DNA of 64,000 nt from the human T2T-CHM13v2.0 reference genome, Homo sapiens, in the NCBI RefSeq assembly GCF_009914755.1, contig NC_060925.1, one strand, 5' to 3'. The position numbers were made by a program, and so were the translations under genes. Positions 28,846-42,191 of this stretch are shown here, piece by piece. Under the pieces are notes generated by a model, which worked only from the letters and a program-made list of their open reading frames with translations, was not told where the DNA came from and ran no database searches. Position 1 is the stretch's first letter, and every line of letters starts with the position of its first letter.

Positions 28846-29474
28846 TTAATGAAAGTCTTTTATTTAAAGAAAGCAGATGGTTATTATTCCCTTCTTTGGT
28901 AAATATGGACAATTATACACCGAATTTACTTAAAATAAATATATTTACATCAATATATTCTGATGCTGGCTGGCTTATCATCCTATGAGCTGAATGCTAC
29001 CCCCCATCATAGAAGGCAGAATAATGCCCCTCCTGCCACACACAAAGATATCCATTTCTCGGTCCCTGGAATCTGTGAATACGTTACCACACAAGACAAA
29101 AAGGACTCTGCAGATGTGATTAAGGTAAAGGACCCAGACGTGAGGAGATAATCCTAGATTACCTGCGTGGACCCAATGTAAAAACAAGTGTCCTAAAAAA
29201 TCAGAGAACTTTTCCCAGCTGTGGCCAGAGGGAGAGATGACTATAGAAGAATGGTCAGAGATACACAGTATCTCTGGCTTTGAAGGTGGAGGAAGGGATC
29301 CAGGAGGTAAGGAATGAGGATGACCTCCTCTAAAAACTGAAAAAGGCAAAGAAACACTTTTCTCTCAGAGACTTAAAAAGTAATGCAGCCCTGTAGCACC
29401 TTTACTTTAGCCCAGTGAGATCCATCAGACTTCTAACCTACAGAACAGAGAAATGTGTGTTGCTCTTAAGCCAC

Positions 29475-30105
29475 TGATATGGTCTAGCTCTGTGTCCCCG
29501 CCCAAATCTCATGTCAAATTCTAATCCTCAGTGTTGGAGAAGGGGCTTGGTGGGAGGTGACTGGATCATGGGGGCAGACTTCCCCCTTGCTGTTCTTATA
29601 ATAGTGAGTGACTTCTCATGAGATATGCTTGTTTAAAAGTGTGTAACACTTTCCTCTCTGCTCTCTTTCCTGCTCCACCATGTGAAGATGTGTCTGCTTC
29701 CCCTTCACCTTCCACCATGATCACAAGTTTCTTGAGGCCTCCCCAGCCATGCTTCCTGTACAGCCAGCAGAACCTGTGCTTTTGAGACAGTCTTGCTCTG
29801 TTCCCCAGGCTGGAATGCAGTGGTGCAATCTTGGCTCACTGCAACCTTCACTTCCTGTGTTCAAGCCATTCTTGTGCCTCAGACTCCCAAGTAGCTGGGA
29901 TCACAGGCACGTGCCACCAGGCCTGGCTAATTTATGTATTTTTAGTAGAGATGGGGTTTCACCATATTGGCCAGGCTGGTCTCAAACTCCTGGGCTCAGG
30001 GAATCCACCCGTCTCGACCTTCCAAAGTGCTGGGATTACAGGCGTGAGTCACCACCACCTGGCCCCAGGTAGTTCTTTACAGCAAGTCTCAGGTGGACTA
30101 ATACA
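29475..30105 (+). mobile_element. MSTA/MSTB-like LTR containing an Alu
   Basis: TGATATGG..CTGTGTCCCC.CCCAAATCTCATG...GGACTAATACA with 5-bp TSD GCCAC (29470-29474, 30106-30110). Confidence 0.9.
29779..30064 (-). mobile_element. Alu SINE lacking its tail, inside the MST LTR
   Basis: TTTGAGACAGTCTTGCTCTG...CACCACCTGGCC. Confidence 0.92.
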
Positions 30106-32692
30106 GCCACCAAGATTACAATAATTTGCTACAGCAGCAGTAGAAAACAAATATGCCCACACACTGAGCTCTCAACCAATGTTAAGAGGAATAGAAGGAA
30201 TGAGCTTGAAAACGATTTTTTCATTCTCATAGATAAAATAGCCTAGGAAGCTTCTTTAAATTTTTTTACTTTCCTAGGAAACTTAAAAATAAATGAATAA
30301 AGTAAAAGTAAACTTCATTCTAACTCCTGTCCCAATTATCTCAATTTCTAAATTTACAACATGCAAAACCGAATGCCTGTTATTCTAGTGGCATCAGTCA
30401 ATGTGTTTGACTAAAAGTTATAAAATTAATATTTTCAACTCAGTTGGCTTTATGAAAAAAAGCTTATTAATCCCTTTCCCCTCTTTTTATAAACTATTAG
30501 AAAAGTTTTGCTTATCTTTTTCAGTCCTTTACCCCACCCAATAGTTAAATATATTTGACCACTTACTATCCTCCAGAAAGTGTTCTGGGCCTCGTCTAGA
30601 ATTATCTAAAAACTCACTTAAATTATGTTTTTATTTTCTCTATAAAATAAAGAATTGGATTTCTCTAACTTTTTGTGATCAGGAAAATTCACAAAATTAC
30701 TTATTAAAATGATACGTCAGTCATTTTACACAGTCCTCCTTGATTATTTGAAAATTAATTTTTGTGAGGCTAATAATTTAAAATTATTGTTATGAGGCAA
30801 ATATAGGTTTCATATGCCTTACATTGTTTAGTACACTGTAATTTCCTATTGAGAATGCAATGATTCTGAAATTATAAAATCAACCAGTAGCTGGCACATG
30901 AGGAGAGACATTAGCTTTCCCCAGAAATCATGAGATGTGCAATATAGAGATAATTGGAATTAGAAGCAGTGAGCATGCTACTGCCATTTCCAAATGGCAG
31001 CAGAGATGAAACTGGGGCTCCAAATTCTTCATCCAATTTTGAACATAAATTCAAATTAGCATCCATCTGTTGAGTCTTTATATTTAAGCCATAATTATAA
31101 TTTCTGTGTATGTGTTTGCAAATATCTTTCAGACTGTTTAGACTTTGAGAGAAAACCTTAGGCATGAATATGGTAGAATTAATTATTCCTATTAGTCCAA
31201 TTCTGTGTCATACAAGGGAGAGGGACCAAAGAAAAAGCAGGATGCTCAGCTAACAGAGAGGCTGTTTACTGGTTTTAGCAAACACACATATACCCTGCAC
31301 TATTTCTCCTTTCAAACAGCCTCATATAACAAATGATCTGGTCAAGGGAGTCGTGAGACCAATTCTAGCTGAACGGAGCTGCAGCTGTTCTGTCAGCCCC
31401 TTCCCTGGGTTCCACGTGACTCTCCCAGGCCCTCTAGCAGAGCTCTCCCTTGGTTATCAGCAGTAATAGAGAGCTTCTTTATGCACTTGAGATAACTGGG
31501 AACACAACTACATCAGTGACCTCTAAATTCGCCATCCCTGTCTACTGTCAAGTACAATTACCTTGTTCCATCCTAAAGGAAAAAAATGATTTACCCTTTC
31601 CCCAGTGATAACGTTCTTTTAAGTGTTCAAAGCATTAATCAGGGAGGCTGTCTTTAATATTCTATCCTTGGATTTTATTCTATTGCAGCAGGATTTATAA
31701 TCACACACTTAAAAATCTTTAGTACTTCATTTCTTAATTTAAAAATGCCTTGGGTTGTAGGCCACACATATCTATTAAAGATGATAAATGAGGAAACCCA
31801 GAAAAATTAATTTATGGGGGAGGAAATAAATTGGTTAGCTGCCCTTAGGCTCAATTCTGGGGTGTTTCTGCATTTCCAGTTTATTCCTAATGCAAGTGTT
31901 TAAGAGAAGTTTCCTCACAAGCCAATTTTTATCTGCGATGTTTTGTTTTCCGTAATTCTCTGTTGTTAGGCTATGGGAGAATAACCTGCTCTACTGGAAA
32001 TTCCCCCCTATAATTTGATAAGTGTATTTCATCATAATACACTAAAACCAGTCTGGGCCCTTTAAACTAGTTAATTATGTAATTTGAAGGATTTGCATGG
32101 GAAGAAGCTTCACTGTGGATTAAGAAACAATTGTAGTCTCTCCAATCTGGTTACAACAGTTCTCCAGTTGTCAAATCATCTCTGGATCCTAGACTACTGT
32201 TTCAAAAGCTTTCCCTGCCTTATTTAAACTGAAAACATTACAAATAAACAGCTCATAAACATTAAAAAAATTAGTAGAATTTGTGCCATTTCGTCATTAC
32301 TACTACGTAATTTTATAAGATTTTTTAAAACAACAATGGATTAAGAATCAAGTAAATTATATTGCTAGTTTTGCCATCATTTACAACTTTAGAAAAGTCA
32401 TTTATCTCTGAACTTTATTAAATTTACTAGTAAGCAGTGGGGCTGGACTGGATGGCCTCTGCATACACCTCTACAGTTTTTTTCTGATGATTTTTGGGGC
32501 AAAGCTGGAAAATGAAAGGATTTCATTTGGCAAATAATTAAAACCTACAGGAAATAGGTGTGAAACAAAAGTCAAAATTCCTCTTCAAAAAAAAACTCCA
32601 AGGGGCAAATGGAGGAAAGAGAAAAATTACAAAGTTAGAAGACAGTGTATGAGAACAAGGGACTAGATTCATGAAGCTTTGGTGTATGTTAG

Positions 32693-32696
<4 letters not shown>

Positions 32697-32730
<34 letters not shown>
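32697..32730. repeat. (GT)n microsatellite, ~17 units
   Basis: Pure GT run. Confidence 0.95.
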
Positions 32731-32732
<2 letters not shown>

Positions 32733-34759
32733 TGGGGTGGGGGTATTTTTATTAAAAGAAATAGCAGATTCTGGCAAACATACTGACCAAGAGTTAAAGA
32801 ACTTCCATAAGTCTGACTCAATTCTGCTTCTAGTTTGGAGACTAGTTACCTAATTTTGGTTCTTAACTTCTTCCTTCTCTAAAACATGATTCACACACAC
32901 TTACTGTGTATCGTCTCCAACTAGCAGAGCAGTTGCAAAAATTAAAATGTGATAAGAATAATTAATACCTTCAATTTATATAGCATACCTCTTCCCATGC
33001 CTCAGGCACTCACACTATTGCAGATGCTTCCAAAAAAAAATGTCTTGACATTCACAAACAGAACAAAAAAATGCTTAGGGGAATACGACAAAGAAATAAA
33101 TGAATTGTGTCTATATTGCTTGAATTTCTTGCTAATAAAGTAGTTTTAGAAAACTCACCTCAAATTTGCACTTTAAAAATGTTTAGTAATGCAGAATCAT
33201 TATTCAGTTACTGGATATGGAAAATCAAAATTATAAAGAAGCCAGCAGCCCGCTACCACATTATTTGCTACATAAAAATTTCCCTTTCAAGTAGTATAAA
33301 TTGTAAATTCTGTATGACTTGGCTCAGAATAGCTCAAGACGTATGTCTAGATAAATGTTTATCTTTCTGTTAGAACAGTCACACAATGTCAATATCTAAG
33401 TAAGTATTCAAATTCTGGCTGAAAGGGGGAAGGCAAAATCTATTCTATCAAAGGATTCATTTCTTGGATTATGGATGATGGATTAGCTGGGTGACACACA
33501 AGTTAGAAGAGTTATCTTTACTATATTTCAAACACCTATATTTCAGATGTCAAAAGAAAGTCTAGATAATATGTCATTGTCAAGGCTTAAAGTACATTAA
33601 TCCTTAAAAATGCTTAGATTTCAGAGTTTTTTCCTCCCAAAATATAGTTTCATTTAAACCCCAAATGTTCAATTTTACTCTCATCCATTCAGAAAATCAG
33701 AGTGTTCGTGACAATTAAAACCAACTAAACACTTAAAGGAAAAAAATCAGAGATGTGAATTAATTGTGTGTGCAGAGATAGTCACCTCAATATAAAAATA
33801 GAAAGTTAGAAAAACCTAGATGACTGACAATAGAGCACTGCTTAAACTATGGACCATCCTTCATATGCATAATTTATATCTATTCTAATGCTGACATTTA
33901 AAATCATGCTGTTGAATATTAGTAACATGAAGAATATTTAGTAACATGAAGAAATGTTCAGAATGTGAAAAGTGAAAATAAATGTTGCACAGTATAATCC
34001 AAATTTTAAAAAATAACTGTGCTTATTTATAGTAAAATATGCTAGAAGTAGTTTTCTCTGGGTGAGAATTATGGCAATATCTATTTTCTTCTCTGTATGT
34101 TTTCCCCAAATTCTTTACAATACACATGCTATTTTTTACACTTTAAAAAGCATTACATTTAGAGTAGCTGGTGACTTAGCTATAAACAATCATCTATCCA
34201 TGTATTGGTAAAGTGTTAGTGTTGCAATCCTAGAACTATAATGTGGTCATTTTAGGATGAATTCTTAAGAGGTCAATGTGTGCATAATTTAACAAGAGGT
34301 AAGCAGTCTGACACTCTGTATGTTCAAAACATTTAGCTTGATCAACAAATTAATTATGGCTTACTAAATTTAGTGATAAATTAAGTGGCCTCAGTGATGG
34401 ACTTGATGGACAATACAGACATGACATACAAAAGAATCCCTTCCTGTGACATAGTGGGTACACAATGCAGGGTGATGAATATGGTTCTAATCTGATATGA
34501 TACATTCTTATTAAACTTTGCAGTATGTCAAAATGACACTGCCTTTTAAATCTATTAAGACTTCATCTCACAGGAGAATCCAAAATAGATGCATCTTATA
34601 TTCAGGATGGACACTGGGTGAATATGAGCAGATTGAGGTGTCCTTAAATGTATGCTCACCAATCCTAATTCATTCTCTAGTCAGTGCTCTCTCTCTCTCT
34701 TACACACACACACAAACACACATATACACAGGCACACACACACACATACACACACACAA

Positions 34760-36550
34760 ATGAACAGAATCTGTTTAGGGGGCTTCCCACCTTCTTGCCA
34801 CCAACTTCAGCATCTGCAGCCATCCATTCTTTCCTTCCTCTTATTTGACTGGAAGAGGTGTCCTGTCTATCTAAGGCACACCCTCTGTCTAGCCCCTGGA
34901 TCTTATCCATCCTGAATTTCAGAGACCATATACTCTCAATTGTTCCTGTCCTCTTTTATAGTTAACTTCTCCCACTTTTGGCAGTTTCCCAGTCACATTT
35001 TAACATGTCCAAATTTTTGCCACCTTGAGAAAATAAAACCTGTGTGGAATTCTCACCTACCTACATATAGACTGCTCCAGAAGTTACAGCCAAATTTCCC
35101 AAAAGAGGTGTCTACCCTCCTTACCTTTAAACTTATTCCAAAACCTGCTGCAGCCTGACCTCTGTGTTCACAAATCCTCAGACAAGGCTGTTCCCAAGGC
35201 CACCAACAAGGTTGCAGAATCAACGCCACAGTCTTACTTGTCTGTAACATCAGACCTAATTGAATGTAGCTGTCTCTTGAAACATTCTCTTCCCTAATAT
35301 TCGAGTCACCATTTGTTCTGATTTTATTACTAATTTTCCTGCTACCTTTCTGGGTATTCCTCTGCAGTCCCCTTTATATGCTCCTGTTTCTCGCTGTCTC
35401 AAAATATGTTAGCATTTCTGAATTGTATCTTAGAGAGCCTCCTCTTCTTACTGTGAATAAACTGACTATGTGTGGTCTTTCATCTCAATGGCTTCAAACC
35501 CCATTTATGTGCTATAGGCCATACCTTTTCTCTGAGCTCCAAATGGATTAGTTTAGCTGCTATTGCATGGCTTTGTTTGAATGTCTTACATCAAATTCAA
35601 CATTTTCAAAATGAAAATTCTTATCTTTTTCCTCAAAGGTGTTTCTACATTAATCTTCCCTATCACAGTAAATCCCCATCTCTAAAACAGAAACCTGGGA
35701 GTTACCCTTGATTCATTTCTCTGTGTGTCTTTCTCTACGTCTCTCTGTCTCTCTCCACATTCCACCACATTCACCATATTCCTCACATCCAATCAATCAC
35801 GGAGTCTCCAACTAACCTCTTATGGTTTTTTTTTTAATCTATCACTTCTCTCATTTACACCCCCAATTGACCATAAACTGAGGTCTCCATCGTCTCTTGT
35901 CTGAACTATCACAATCATCAATGACATGATTTGTTGGCCTCCATCTGGCCTGGCCCATGCTGCTGCTTAAAAAAGATGCTTGTAAAATGAAATTTTAATC
36001 TTGTTATTCCACTTTGCAAAGTCCTTCATTTATACACATTGCCCTGAGTATAAAGTCCAAACACTTAAATTCAAAGCTCCTCTTTACTTGGTGAGTACCT
36101 GTTGTGTTCTCTAGCCTAAGTTCTCACCATTTTTTACCCTCATGCATCAGTATTCCAATTAGCTTGAACTTCTTGCAGGTCTTTAAAAGTGACAGTTCTT
36201 TCTTGCTTTTGAGGCATTACAAATGTGGATCTTTAAGTCTTAAAACTCTCATCCTCTTTTTCTTTACTTGAAAAATTCTGACTTATTTCGTGCGTGGTCT
36301 TGAAACATCAATTTATTTGATATTTCTCTTGACAAAAGCAAGCCTTAATACAATCTTCATATGGATTCCCATAATTCTCTACTTCTCTACATTTTATCTT
36401 GCTGCTTGTTTTTAATTGTTGGTCTCTCTCAATAATCAAAAATTGTTACAAGAGTAGGGATCAATTCTATCCTATATTCTAGGTATATCACAGCAAGGGC
36501 CAAGCCCAGTAGATTAATAAAGTTTTTGAATTAACAAATAAGTGAATGAG
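34760..36550 (+). mobile_element. Long degraded L2 LINE
   Basis: L2-like CT-rich motifs (CTAGCCCCTGGATC..ATCC, CTCTGAGCTCCA, CACATCCAATCAATCAC, TCTCTTGTCTGAACTA) ending in AATAAA..TTGAATT..AAGTGAATGA. Confidence 0.7.
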
Positions 36551-36625
36551 AGCAAGGGTATAGTGCATCCTGCCCATTTGGGGGTACAGATTCTAGAGTT
36601 TTCATGTAATGGACAAATCTACCGA

Positions 36626-36873
36626 CATTCTATCCTTTTCTTTCTTTTTTTTTTTTTTTTTTTTTGCCTCAGCCTCTCGAGTAGCTGGGATTACAGGTGC
36701 CCGCCACCGTGCATAGCTAATTTTTGTATTTTTAGTAGAGATGGGGTTTCACCGTGTTGACCAGGCTGGTCTTGAACTACTGATCTCAGGTGATCCACCT
36801 GCCTCAACCTCCCAGTGTGCTGGGATTCCAGTCATGAGCCACCGTGCCCGGCTGAAAAAAATACTTGATTCTT

Positions 36874-36914
<41 letters not shown>

Positions 36915-37110
36915 TTATACTTTAAGTTTTAGGGTGCATATGCACAACGTGCAGGTTTGTTACGTGTATACATGTGCCATGTTGGTGTGCTGCACCCATT
37001 AACTCGTCATTTAACATTAGGCATATCTCCTAATGCTATCCCTCCCCCCTCCCCCACCCCACAATGAGAACACATGGCCACAGGAAGGGGAACATCATTC
37101 AATCCTTTTC
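36626..37110 (-). mobile_element. Composite insertion: 5'-inverted L1PA (PA4/5-like) 3' end + spacer + 3'-truncated Alu + poly(A), in one TSD
   Basis: TSD CATTC(T/A)ATCCTTTTC at 36626-36640 and 37096-37110; see findings. Confidence 0.85.
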
Positions 37111-37122
37111 AAGATTCCAGGC

Positions 37123-37201
37123 CCTTCCTTCCTTCCTTCCTTCCTTCCTTCCTTCCTTCCTTCCTTCCTTCCTTCCTTTTTTTCCTTCCTTCCTTCCTTC
37201 T
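37123..37201. repeat. (CCTT)n microsatellite
   Basis: Visible tetranucleotide run with one T interruption. Confidence 0.95.
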
Positions 37202-38729
37202 TATTATAATTAGCCAGGATAACAGCTTCAAACTAGGTGCTAATGGACTATAAGCACATCTTCTTATCATTCATGATTTTAAGTGGAACGTTCTGGTGTT
37301 CAGATGACAGCCAGTAGTAACCCTGAGGCTGGTAAGTTGGGGTTATAGAATGAAAGGAGAACCAAGTATTTAAAATAAAATATATTGAATCTATAAGAGG
37401 ATATTCTATTAACTGTATATCTAATAACATTTATTTAAAATATAGCCCAAGGAAAAAAAGAAGATATTATGCATATCAACACAGTCTTTAATGAGGATAT
37501 CATCAAATTTCTAATACTTAGTGTCAAAAGTCCTTTTATTACTGTAAGTGTTATATATGATTCTAGCACTCCTTGCTTATAGAAGTTTTGCACAAAAATA
37601 TAACACCATATCTTATGCTTAACAACTGAAGACGAATAATAACAAAACAGCAACTAATGCTTATATAATACTTACTATAAGAGACTATGCTTGCCTGTGA
37701 GGTGAGTGAGTTGCAGGAATGTCTTCAATGCTGCTACTGGGTAGCCCCAAGAGGAGAGAAAGTCACCAGAAATATTTGGTTGCAACTTTTTCCCTTCACA
37801 AGAGCCAAGCAGTAAAATTGTGGGTTAAACCCAGTTAACATGGCTCTCTTTGGAAAGGTTGAGGCATTGAAGGCCAAACTTCCTGTCATGATTAGGAAAT
37901 CACAGACTGTTCTTAATGTTAAAGCGAAAGCAATGCTATTGTGTGATACTTTCAGCTCCTCAAGTTGTGAATCTGGCATTGTGTGATTACTCCCCCCTTG
38001 CTTATACTGTAATAAATATTTAAAATACCCCCCAGAATCTGAGATAACACATCAGTAACAGTTTAATTTAGCACTTGCAAAATTCCCTCCCCAGGTTAGG
38101 CTTGTACTCAGTATTGGCATCAGGAACTTCCTAACATTATATTCATTCATTTTCCTTTTCCCAACACAAAACACACCCCTGGCTAAATTTACCAGCTTTC
38201 TTTACAGCTTACTCTTGTCCTGTTGACTGTAAATAGGAACTGAGTAATACTCACAGTCCCTGACCTATATAAGTGCTATGTAAGTACTACTTGCTGTTTT
38301 GTTATTATTTGAATGTTATGTATTACAAACGGAAGCAACACATAGGTGGCAGCTGAAAACCAGCAAGTGCCATGCGATATTTATATAACTCATTGTAAAC
38401 TTTAGTTTCCGAAACTTCTGAAAAAAATGTTTCTTTTGTTTTTCAGGAAATCGGACTTTAAAAACTCACTTAAATAATGGTTAGTACTTACAATTTTATA
38501 CCAGGTTTGAAGGAAGTTTGAATAAGACACAACTTGTATGCAATGCAGGAAAATGGAAAATTATAATGTGTTCATCTTCCGTGTTTACCCCCTTAGGCTG
38601 CTTTTGTCTCTTCTATTGATTTATTTGGATTAATACTATATTATTACTAATATTATATTATTTAGATTAATACTATATTATTATTTACTTTGCTGTGGGA
38701 CTTTGGTCATGGACATGGCTGTTGGACAT

Positions 38730-38853
38730 GGCTTCAAAAATATGTTACTATTATAATGTTTCTAAGAATAAATTAGATAGACGGTAAAAATGGACCCCCA
38801 TCTTTTATTATTAATATCCCAATTTTGGATAACTTTTTCTCTGTATTCTGGGT
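38730..38853 (+). repeat. Dispersed 124-bp direct repeat, copy 1
   Basis: Matches 43299-43422 with 9 substitutions and no indels by hand alignment. Confidence 0.93.
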
Positions 38854-39175
38854 TGGTCCAACAGCAAAGTAAATAATAAGAACAAGAAGGAAGCAAACAT
38901 GAGGAAGAAACCTGTTCCTACCATGACTCAAATGCCTAACTCCTATGAGGATCACAGGCTCCCAGGCTCCTGTAAAAAGATAAACAGATCCCAACACCAT
39001 TGACTCCCTCTCTCCTTAACGTGTGAACCCAGTGAGAGCAATTCTTACTGTACTACTTACCTTCTAGGGAGGACCTTAAACAAGTAATAATAAAACAGTT
39101 CCTACAACTATCATAGGGAAAATGCTTTTGGTGAATTCATCTAAAATCCTATATTTGATGTAAGTTTCTTTTGTT

Positions 39176-39440
39176 ATTTTTTTTAAGAGACGGGGTTTCT
39201 CTGTCACCGAGGCTGGAGTGCAGTAATGCCATCATAATTTACTCACTGTAGCCTCAAATTCCTGGGTTCAAGGGTTCCTCCCTAGTAGCTAGTACTACAG
39301 GCATGTGCCACCATGCCGGGTTAATTTTTTTCTTTTTAAATTTTTGTAGAGACAGGCATCTCCCTACATTGCTCAGGCTAGTCTTGAACTCCTAGCCTCA
39401 AGTGATTCTCCTGCTTTGGCCTCTCAAAGCACTGAAATTA
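39176..39440 (-). mobile_element. AluJ SINE
   Basis: Diverged antisense Alu, ATTGCTCAGGCTAGTCTTGAACTCCTAGCCTCAAG. Confidence 0.88.
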
Positions 39441-39647
39441 AAAACAAAAGATTTTATGCAACCTCACCAAGGCGAAGTAGATATTTTCAGGAATGGTTTT
39501 GCAGGAATTGGCAAATAGATCTATTGAGACTTGGAACTATCCGGTTCCCCAACCCATTTAACCAGAACAGGTCTGTTTTCATCTATTTCTCTAAAGAGAT
39601 GTATTGACATAGTCCCCCCGGTTAAAACAATTGGAAAATCATCAGTC

Positions 39648-39972
39648 TAATGCAGTACTATCCAAGAGAAATGTAATTCAAGCCACAAATCTGCAGCACA
39701 TGTATGCTTTTGCATTTTCTAGTAGCCAGATTTTTTTTAAAAAAGTAAAAAGAAACATTTTGAATTTTAATTCACCCAATATATCTGAAATGTTACATCA
39801 GCATGTAGTGAACATAAAAATTATTAATGCAATATTTTACTTTTTACCTTTTTGTATTTAATCTTAAAACTCTGCTGTGTAGTTTACATTTAAAGTATCT
39901 CAATTTGGATTAATCACATTTCAAGAGGCAAATAACCATATGTGGCTAGTGGCTACTACGCTACTATGCTGT
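39648..39972. mobile_element. MER33-like DNA transposon
   Basis: ATTTTCTAGTAGCCA..AAAAAGTAAAAAGAAACA...CACATTTCAAG..CCATATGTGGCTAGTGGCTAC. Confidence 0.78.
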
Positions 39973-40052
39973 ATAGATGAAAGTTTAGTGCTTTATTCTT
40001 TTTGAGGGTTTCCCACCTTTATTCTGTCAATTAAACTGTGTAGGTATCATCA

Positions 40053-40465
40053 CTGCAGTGTCCACTATTGGTCACCTACCCAGGGTCCATTCATCCATCT
40101 CCCCTGCTCATGGACATAGTTATTTTCACTGGATCCTATGTGCTTCAGGGCTGACCCCATCCCTAGCTACAGGAATGTGCCGGGGTTAGGGATGATCATG
40201 TGACCCCATACTAGCTAATGAGATCCAACAGTTTCCTCGTTTTTAAGAGAAAGTCATAGAAAAACACAGCTTCTCTCTCCTGCTAGAAGTTAACCAGGAA
40301 GCACGTACTACAGCTACCACTTGCGGGGAACAAGCCGTAGGATGAAGCCAAGACTGTACTGCGAAAGAGAGATGCGGCAAACTTTGGTCCTAGATGACGA
40401 TGCTGAGCTTTCGGATTAACCAACTCTGAAGGCTGCCCTAATTTTGGATTTCAGTTATGTTTTTT
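40053..40465. mobile_element. ERVL LTR (LTR16-like)
   Basis: GGGATG.TCATGTGACCC..CTAATGAGA; GGATGAAGCCA; GGTCCTAGATGAC. Confidence 0.55.
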
Positions 40466-41344
40466 ATTCCCAAACCACTACATTACATCATCTCTAATAA
40501 TGACTGAGGGCAACATAAATATAGTGACACTCTGGAGCAACTTTTGAAGCATTATGTTTTTTCCTTTGTTTTTTATTTTTTACTATGTTTCCCTATTGTC
40601 GCCGAAATTCCTCATGTTTAATTGTTATCCCCAGGGCACCTTTCCAAACATCCCTTTCATTTTTTCCGTCTTTAAACACCAGGCATTAGAGCAACTGTTT
40701 TCTTGTGCTCCTTCCCATTGCTTCCAATTAACTTCTCTCTTCCATTATAAAAACAATGTTGTCTCTCTTACAGTTGTCTACCCTAAAGGTATGTTTAAAT
40801 CTTCTCTAGAATTTTTATTACTAACAACAAAGTGGAGACAATAAAAGTAAAGAATAAAGAAAAATATGCACTATTATCTTAAATACTAACAACTTTTACT
40901 GTATTAATAATACCCATGATTCATTAGATTCAAGTTGGATTAGTGGCTTTAGAATGAAAAAGATTTGAGTTTGATTCACTCAACACTATTTATCATCTGT
41001 GGCCTTAAAGCAAGTTGCTTACTCAACAAGTGAAAAAGTAAAATAAAATAAAACAAAAAACAGGAACTGATGTCACCTACATTTCAAGATTTATGTGAAG
41101 ATTAAAAAACCATCTAATGTATGCAAAACTCTTAAAGCTAGGATTTATACCTTGATCTTCTTATTCCTATTCTAGTGTCCTTTTCACTTAATTACACTTC
41201 CCTTCTTCATTCATTTCACAATCATTTATTGCGTGATTTCTTTGGGCCAGGAAGATTTATTGAAAAACAAGGCAAGATCTCTGCTTTTAAGCAGTTTATA
41301 ATTTAAACTGAATCAGACAAATAGAGGGAGACCATAAAGCTTAG

Positions 41345-41540
41345 TGGTTAATTACATAGGCAATAAAATCAGACAAATCTGGATTTGACCCCAAGAAAGT
41401 TACTTTACATCTCAAAACCAGTTTCCTCTTCTGAAAACGAAGATGACAGTATCCCCTCAAGTTGTCATCAATAGAACAAAATGAAATTATATCTGTGAAA
41501 TGCAATGTGCATAAATTATAAAATAAGCATTTGTCTATTG
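41345..41540 (+). mobile_element. MIR
   Basis: TAGTGGTTAA..TCAGACAAATCTGGATTTGA..CAGTTTCCTCTTCTGAAAA. Confidence 0.7.
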
Positions 41541-41646
41541 TGGCCAATCATCCTCATTGCCATAATTATAACTGTGCATAATTAAGTACAAAGGTATGCA
41601 CAGGCACTATGGAGTAAAGAGGAGGGGCACTTAAATCAGTTTCTAT

Positions 41647-42191
<545 letters not shown>

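Larger units (their letters stand above)
29008..30155 (+). mobile_element. MLT1D-like LTR interrupted by an MST LTR
   Basis: GGCAGAATAATG..CCCTGGAATCTGTGAATACGTTACC..GCAGATGTGATTAAGGT; resumes after 30110 with TAATTTGCTACAGCAGCAGTAGAAAAC. Confidence 0.85.

Noticed and set aside
33914-33953. ~18-bp tandem duplication GAATATT(T)AGTAACATGAA
   Set aside because: Ordinary slippage inside an old L1-like remnant.
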